From the NCBI GenBank assembly GCA_964187785.1, contig OZ076414.1, positions 53,382,001 through 53,446,000 on the forward strand: a DNA stretch of 64,000 bases. Reading direction: 5' to 3'. The translations under genes and the position numbers were made by a program. This DNA comes from Amphiscolops sp. MND2022. Taxonomy: Eukaryota. The notes under the pieces are model-generated. The model did not search any database and was not told where the DNA came from. It saw only the letters and a list, made by a program, of their open reading frames with translations. Positions 56,716 to 64,000 of the stretch are shown here, in pieces. How positions within the stretch are numbered: position 1 is the stretch's first letter; every line of letters begins with the position of its first letter.

Positions 56716-59443
56716 AACTACAAATTACTACACGCTAAGTTGACTTCTACTTTTAGGTGACCGCAAGCCTTGTTGCTATCGTTAAATGAAGACTAATGGG
56801 TTAGCTTCAAACTCGTCGGCGGAAATTTCTTTTTGTATCCCTCGCGCAGAGCGCAATGGGGTTCACTTTTGGTTGTTTTATACGCTTGTACGACGAGGTT
56901 GATTCGGGAACAATGGATGGGCGATGGACGGGGAATGATCTGGGGATTGATTGGGAACGTTGGGGTTGAGTATTGAGTGGTACTCTGGTCTATAGCCCCA
57001 CGGCTCGTGGGTCAAAGAATTTACAACGATATGGGTGGTCTCTTGTGTACTTGTTCTACTTTCTCTACGCGTCCCGCAAACCTGGTCTATGACTGCTTTG
57101 GTGCTCCCGGTCACACTCTTGCACCCTCAGGGTAGAGTATATGTGGTTATGACGAGCAAATTGCACCTAGGCGACTTTGGTGGCGGGAAAGAAACGAATT
57201 TCGGTTTTTAGGGTTACCGTCTCTTAGTCTCGTAGAGTGTTTAGTGGGAGGTCGCTGGTCTTGGGGTCAGCCCTACGCGGATTTTGTAAGTACAGTGGAC
57301 CGTGTGGAATTTGCTTGATGCGCTAAACAGGTCGTTTCAGTCCTGAGTGAGGCACATCAGGACTAGAAGTGCGCGGATTTTCAGTCAAAGTTCACTCGAA
57401 ACGCTGTTTTTCTCGTCAAGTAACACCTCCGGGGAAGGTGAAAATCACTTCTAGTGCAGCTAGCGACCTGAAAATTTCACACCGTGTATTATACTGGCCA
57501 AATCGTGGGGAATTAATCTCCGATTGCGTCAAAAGTGACCCAATGGGTGTTACGGCCACTTAACAATGTTTATTAAAAAATTGACTATGTCGTGAAATTC
57601 GCAAAAAGTGGTATAACTCGCGTCCTAGGCGTCCCAGCTACCTGAAATTTCGCATGCGAGCGTAACTTATGCTTACGCAACAGAAAAATCCAGCGGCGAG
57701 GTGCCTGGATCAATATCGGGCGATCCGAAGTGACAAAACCTTGATGTACCGGAGGTACCACTTCTTTGGGTCAAAATTCACAAAAATGTCAATTTCTCAG
57801 CTTCGGCCGGGAGTTGGCTGCTCAAATTGCACAAATCGTCGGGATTTGGTACCCCGAGGACAAAAATAGGAAAATAAGGGTGCCGGGATATCCCGGAGAT
57901 ATCACACCAGGCTCAATTAAATTTTCGATTTTTCGGCAATTTGGTACACTTTCTGAACAAAACTGCGGCTAAGTTATCTCTGCGGGTATTCACAGTAGGG
58001 CTATCAAAATCACGCTACTAGCGTAACTTTTTGCGCTCTACACAATAATGCAATCCGTTTTTAGCTCTTCTTGTTAGGAGAGATTTCGACTTGTTGAAAA
58101 TACGAGGTTGCCGAATTCCGAAATTGACGCAAAAATAGTGCGTTTTCGACTATTTCTCAACAACCACTGTTCAGAATTGCTTGCAGTTTTCGGCGTTTGC
58201 AACGTTACGCTCTCTATTAACTGGAAATAGGCGAGCAAAACCTGGTAGGTTTCAAACAAGGTCTCTCACAAAATTTCTCGATTGCACTTTTTACACCCTC
58301 GGAACAGTACTGAAAATACGTGTTTTCGTCAATAATCCGATGTTTTTTTTGTTCTCTGGTGTTCCGTTTGGTTTTATTAGTAGAGTTAGGATACGTAATA
58401 ACTTTATTCAGGGGGCTGGGGTAGTTGCAATAATTATTTTGATTTCAATTACACTCAGATCTATGGGGTCCTTCACTCAGGTCTATTTTAATGAAAGAAA
58501 AGTGATGTTAAAACTTCAATTTATATTGGGGGCAGTCAAAAACCGTCTTGGTAGTAGTATTGCGTACTACCAAGCGCAACAACAAAATTTTTGGGCCTTT
58601 CAAGAGGCTTGGGTACAAACGCCCAAGGCTTCGCCCTTACCAAAATTGGTCAAAATGGCCAATGTTGCCGATTTTTAAACAAAAATTGCTGAATTTTTCA
58701 TGTTTTTCAAAAGGATAGCCCAACAAAAAATTTTGTTCTCGACCTGGTAGGTCTGACAGAACGTTTTTCAGGTATTCCCATAGGCTGTATACAATTCTAC
58801 AAGATTCTGGCTTCCAAAACGGGAAAATTCGATATTTGAGCCATTATTAGTGTTATTTTCGATGTTTTCGAGCTCAAACTTCAAAATAATTGATGCAAAC
58901 ACCCTGTGGGTATTTTTCTCAATTAGTTCATGCAAAAACAGGCCTGGGAATACTAATTTTGGGCTAGAAAACGTAAAGGGAACGAAATAACCCAGCTATC
59001 TTCGGTGAACCGGCACCAGGTGGGGAGGAAGAGGTTATGACGTGAAGCACCTGTAGTCCTGCACTCAGCTAGCTCGGGTCGTCACGAACCGTCCTCGCAG
59101 TCCCTGTACATTGCCAATTGGCTGAAAAGAAGCTGGAAAACCCGTTAAAACACGTTCCGGATAGGCCGGAATAGCTCTTTTAATAAGTACAGATAAGGTA
59201 CAAGGGGGTACTCTGTCTCAAACTGCTTTTTCAGGCTGGAGACCTCGGAAACATGCAGGAAACGCAGGAAAAACACTAATATAAGGCCCAAAGGGCTAGA
59301 AAAAAGCAATAAAAACAATCCAGGACCCTCCCAAAAGCTTCTCCTAGATCCGGACCTTACAGGGCCGGAAAGCAGGAGTTGTTCCTCGCAGGACGCGGTA
59401 AGGAAAATTATCCCTCTGTGGTCGCCATAAAAACTATTCCAGA

Positions 59444-60164
59444 TGTAACGTCCGGCTAGCGGCGCACATCCCGGAAGTGGGACAATGCCTAGGGTGCTTA
59501 AACAGGAGACCGTTGTCTTACTACACTCCTAGACACTGGCTTTTCTCACAAAATGGTCTCCATGGGGGACTTTTCTAACGTCTAAGGAGACTCCTCTAGT
59601 TAGAGCTCCGAGGCGACGCGCCGGCACTCTCAAAGTCCGGACACGCCCCACAAGCCTGTAAAAACGTTCCTACATAATTCTAAGTCTTCCTACGACTTCC
59701 TACATACTTCCGAGGTCCAAAAAGTGTTTATCCAAAAAATACCATTTTGACAGTTAGGTATATGAAATGCTGACCTAGAAGGTCTGGCATAAGCTAAACA
59801 GAAGAATATATTACGAATCAACAAATTAAGGGGGACGAGCCCCAAAAGGGAGTACAGTTACTGTTTGTAGGTTTTCGGGAATCCAGTCATGTCCTTCTGG
59901 AACGGTTTTGCATTCTCTCCCAGAGGGATGGCACAACACCGGGTAGCATTCGTCACTTTCGGCACTATGCGAGTCTTCATGTCAATAGTCGCTCTGCTTT
60001 CTGGTTCCTTTTCTTCCTTGCTCTTTTTTCGGGCGTTCTCTCTCTTCTTTTTGTTTCTTTTTTGGTTTCAACGACCTGCCAGGTCGGCCATTTTGATTCG
60101 CACACTTTCTGGTTCTTGATCGAATTTTTCATCGAAAATTTAGTGCTGACTGGTGGACGTTACA
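59444..60164 (-). repeat. 5' LTR (721 bp)
   Basis: Direct repeat of 47405-48125. Confidence 0.97.
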
Positions 60165-60279
60165 TTACAGCCACCCGCTCAGCGTTTCTACCGGTCTACT
60201 GGGATAGTGGCTGGTATGAGTAGTTTTTGGCGTTTTTTTTCAATGTTATATTTCATTAATTTTAATTTTAACTTATCTT

Positions 60280-63017
60280 TTTAACAAATCAAGTCTCCAG
60301 ATTTTTCGATGGCTTTAGAAACCCCCAGCCCGGTTTTCCCTTGTTTTTCTCCATCTTCGTCGTTTTTGTTCGTTTTGTCTCCACTCTGAAGATGAGCATT
60401 GTAACACGTGTCGTGTGCAGTGCCTGAACCATAAATCGTGGGCTCTGAAAAATGTCCCGGAGATGAATCAATGAGTTCTGCTTCGCCCAAAAATGTTGTA
60501 AACCCTCTGGCAGAATTTTCTGGGTAGGATGTTCAAAATGCCGTAAATGGTTCCATATCAAGTGTGTGGGTATTACAAAAAAGCAGTCGGAGGAGGAAGA
60601 TTTTTTCTGCAGACCTTGTCAAGTTGTGGAAACGGGTGCTCCACTGCCGCTTACTGTTGATACTCTAATAGCAGTCACTAAAGCAAACCCCACCATTCTG
60701 AAACGAGTACCCAAACACGCAGGCATTCCACTAGCGAAGCTTCTCAATAAAGCGCTTGATGGCATAGTAGCAAAGCCACACGATGAATCGTGCTGGGTGA
60801 GTCTCTTTCTTCAATTTTGCGCTATTATGAAACAGCGAAAACGATCTGGCAAACGACAGAAATGTGATCTGGGGAGTATCATATGCGAGAGAATCAACAA
60901 AGGTGCAGCTCTTGGCGATCTTGTCGTCCCGCGTGAACTGAAGGACTCTAAACTCGAGCAAGAATGCGAAAAAAGGATCAAGTTGATCTCCGCCAAGCTC
61001 GATGAGGGGAACGTCCGAGCGGGAATAAGACTAGCAGCGTCTGACGACTCAGTAGCTCCCTTTGACAACAACACTTACGAAAAACTTCAGTCGGAACATC
61101 CCCCTCGAGCCCCAAATCATGCCCAACAAAATGTCGAAGATAGCCTAATTACGTTTGAACCCATCGTAGGGAAGGCAATCAACTCCTTCCCTTCTGGGTC
61201 TTCGGGAGGACCAAGCCTACTTGTGCCCCAGTTGTACAAAGACCTTATCTCGAAGAGCAAAGGTCCGTAGGCAACGAGTTTCTCCAGAAGCTAACAAGCG
61301 TACTAAATATTGTCTTGGAAGGCAAAGTCCCTGTAGGTTTGAGACCTTTTTTCTTTGGTGCTAAACTTATCGGCCTTCGGAAAAAAGACGGCGGAATTCG
61401 ACCAATTGCTGTTGGAAATACCATGCGTCGAATAATCCTCACATCTTTTCTTTCTTCGGAGAGAAAGTTATTCAATCGCAAGAGGGCTGTCAGCAAGGGG
61501 ACCCCGAAGGCCCAGCTCTCTTCTCCGACACTATTCAAGACCTCGTTAACCAAATGGTTTCACAATATAATGTTTGGTACCTCGACGACGGAAACCTTTC
61601 GGATGACTATCGGACGGTTCTTGAGGACCTCAAACGAATCATCGCTAGCGCCGACGAGTATGGGTTATCACTCGAGAAAACTAAATGTTACCTGATTTTC
61701 CTCGGGAATTGTACCGAAAGTGAGAATTTGGAAAATTTGGGGTCGCCAATGGGCGCAAGTGCTCGACGAGACCTGTTGAACAAAAAAATGATTGAATTGC
61801 AAAAACTATCTGAAGTTGTTAGGAAATTAGATGCCCACTATAGATTCTACTTGTTGGAGAACTGCTTTAGTCTACCTAAACTACTATACTTTCTTCGTAC
61901 CAGCCCTTGCTTTGAAGAGGTGGACCTCCTACAGCAGTGTGATTCCATTATCCGCAAATCATTGTCCAAAATCTGCAATGTGAATTTTAATGAAAGCAGC
62001 TATACTCAAGCGATTCTCCCAGTCTCCAAAGGGGGCATAGGCATTGCATCGGCTTCCCAGATTGCTCTTCCTGCTTTTTTAGCTTTAGCATCGGGTGCGA
62101 AACGTGCTTTGTCGTGTATCCTCCCGGAAGATTATGTTGATGCATCGTTTGAAAAGGCTCTGGATTTATGGTTGGCGAGGGCGAACCTGACAGAAGCACC
62201 GTCGGACTCCATCCAAAAACATTGGACCTCTCCTCTGAGCGATGCCACTTTTGATCAACTTATTACAGACCTTGATGCGGAAAATGTCAAAAGGCTGAAT
62301 GCTTATCAAGACCCCTTTAGTTCAGCTTGGCTGAATGTTGTACCAAGCAAAAATGTCGGTCTGAAGTTGACAGATCAGCAACTGCGCATCTCCTTATCCC
62401 TCCGCCTGGGTTCGAAAATTTGCGAGAAACTCACTTGCCGCTGCGGTAAACTTGTCGAAGAGGACGGACATCATGGTCTTTCCTGTGCCAGAAGCGCGGG
62501 ACGTTTCTCGAGGCACCACAACCTCAATACTCTCGTGAAACAGGCGCTGAGTTCCATCAAAGTTCTCTCACTTTTGGAACCATATGGTCTGACCCGAACA
62601 GATGGAAAGCGCCCAGATGGAATTACCCTAGCGCCCTGGGAGGAAGGCAAGCAATTAGTCTGGGATGTTACTTGTGTCGATCTTCTCGCCCCCAGTAGAA
62701 TAGAGAACGGGTCTGTTGCCAACCCAGGCACAGCAGCGGAGGATGCAGAGGAATTGAAAACGGCTAAGTACGTTTGTTTGACTGACAAAGGATACATCTT
62801 CCAACCCTTAGCCTTTGAAATTCAGGGAGGAGTCGGACCTTCCACGTCTACCTTCTTGAAAAACCTGTTTAAAAAATTGTGCGTGTGCAATCAAGAAAAT
62901 AGAGCCGGGTCCTTTTTTAGGCAGAGACTCTCTCTCGCAATCCAGGTAGGCAATGCGGCCAGTGTAGTTGGAACGGTTTGGGACGAAGACCACTTAGGCG
63001 AACTTTACTACTTGTAA
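60280..63017 (+). mobile_element. CRE-clade-like non-LTR retrotransposon (PHD finger, RT, restriction-like endonuclease), frameshifted and internally deleted; ends approximate
   Basis: PHD finger CFAQKC...WVGCSKCRKWFHIKCVG...FFCRPC from 60467; KKDGGIRPIAVG; QQGDPEGP; WYLDDG; CRCG..DGHHGLSC; RPDG...WDVT...KTAKY. Confidence 0.85.
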
Positions 63018-63529
63018 ATCCGCGTTTTAATGTCAGTTTTGTTTCATTAGGAAATATATGTCTTCTTTGCTTCGTAATCGTTACCAGTTCACAAGCCTCT
63101 TTGAGTTTCTGAATTGAGATTCCTCCTGGGTCCTTTGAACTCTCTGGTTGCATGATCCTTTCCTTATTTTTTTATGTTTCCTATGTTGGTTGGATTTTTT
63201 TGTCTGCCGCCCGGGCTGGGGGCACATGATGAATACAGAAACGTTTTTTAAGAAACGCTGATTAATGACGACGATCCAATTCTGATTGCCTGCTAAATCA
63301 TGTTGATCAAAATTGCTGCCTTTCGAATGTCAACGGATTTGTCAATATCAACGGAAACTTGTCAATTCAAAAAAAGGTGTTATTATGGGTGAATAATACC
63401 GGTGATTTATATCGTGTTTGTTAGTTATTCAAATCTTCCGCAGTTTCTGATGAATTCTACTAGCTTCGCGCAGTTTGTCAGGTCATAGAGTTTGAAGTTT
63501 TCGGTCGGAAGATTTCTCGGTTCCCATAT

Positions 63530-63924
63530 TTTGCAACTGAATAAAAAGTGAATTGCGGTTTCTTAGGTTCTTTTACATGAGCATAGAGGACTGGCTGTTA
63601 GGTTTCTGTTGTAGGCAAAATTCAGTTAGGGGTTGATGTCCAGGAGTACTTCTATGACATGCCTCATGAGCTCTTTGGTTGTATCTTGGTCAAAACGGGG
63701 TCGTTTTCTACTCGAGGGACAAGATGTTTGAGATTTGTATCGAAGTCCGGATATTGCCATCTAGAATTCCATTGCCTAAGAATGTGATTTTTACTCGTTT
63801 CTTCATCGTAGCTTAGCTTGTCGCGTAGGTTTTGTGTCTTTCTGCCGTAAAATTGTCTCAACGTATTTCTATGGCCCCTAAGATACGCTACACCTGATTC
63901 ATTTTCTAATATTTGATTTGTCAT
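63530..63924 (-). pseudogene. 3' fragment of an RNase H-bearing LINE (RNase H end plus C-terminal zinc knuckle)
   Basis: AYLRGH (cf. WxxGH), QWNSRW, and downstream SPLCSCKRT*ETAIHFLFSC (CCHC-type) with stops and frameshifts. Confidence 0.6.
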
Positions 63925-64000
63925 ATGATCATTATTTTGTAGAAATTTAGTTGAAAATTTCGATGATATGTTTTGGCACAGTATGTCTATGGGTGGAATA

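Larger units (their letters stand above)
47405..60164 (-). mobile_element. Gypsy-like LTR element, 12,760 bp, lacking gag/PR/RT/RH but carrying integrase and a large extra ORF
   Basis: Two 721-bp TG...CA LTRs, polypurine tract next to the left LTR, minus-strand ORFs, Gypsy-type integrase with a GPY/F-like module. Confidence 0.92.

Noticed and set aside
49764-56760. Numerous plus-strand ORFs of 60-154 aa antisense to the LTR element genes, and similar ones antisense to the Polinton genes
   Set aside because: Shadow ORFs of long coding regions, with no independent motifs.
59415-59443. Primer-binding site of the LTR element (minus-strand TGGCGACCACAG or TGGAATAG)
   Set aside because: Either too far from the LTR or not matched to a tRNA 3' end I can verify without a search.

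Overview
Eukaryotic (AT-rich, invertebrate-animal-like) genomic DNA. About three quarters of the window is mobile DNA surrounding three minus-strand host genes: MED11, a three-exon USP5/USP13-family deubiquitinase, and PRKRIP1. The centrepiece is an apparently full-length 18,267-bp Polinton/Maverick (adintovirus-like endogenous virus) at 25114-43380. It has ~60-bp AGTAGT terminal inverted repeats and a GAGAGC 6-bp target-site duplication, and it lies inside USP5 intron 1. It encodes an intron-split protein-primed PolB, integrase, packaging ATPase, major and minor capsid proteins and an adenain-like protease. It also carries spliced accessory genes that the ORF track breaks up: a 4-exon SGNH-hydrolase-like gene and a 3-exon 240-aa gene. 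A 71-aa acidic ORF with a DSGxxS degron-like motif lies near its left end. A 12.76-kb LTR element (47405-60164; 721-bp LTRs differing at about 5 positions) has no recognisable gag, protease, RT or RNase H. It keeps an integrase with AT-hooks and tandem macrodomain-like modules, plus a large env-position ORF containing an SGNH-like domain. Also present: a decayed second Polinton family (1-6818) fused to a truncated Gypsy element, Helentron-type non-autonomous repeats, MITEs, a decayed CRE-like LINE with a PHD finger, and a LINE 3' fragment. All family calls come from motif recognition by eye; no database searches were run. Splice models were reconstructed manually from GT-AG sites and reading-frame continuity.
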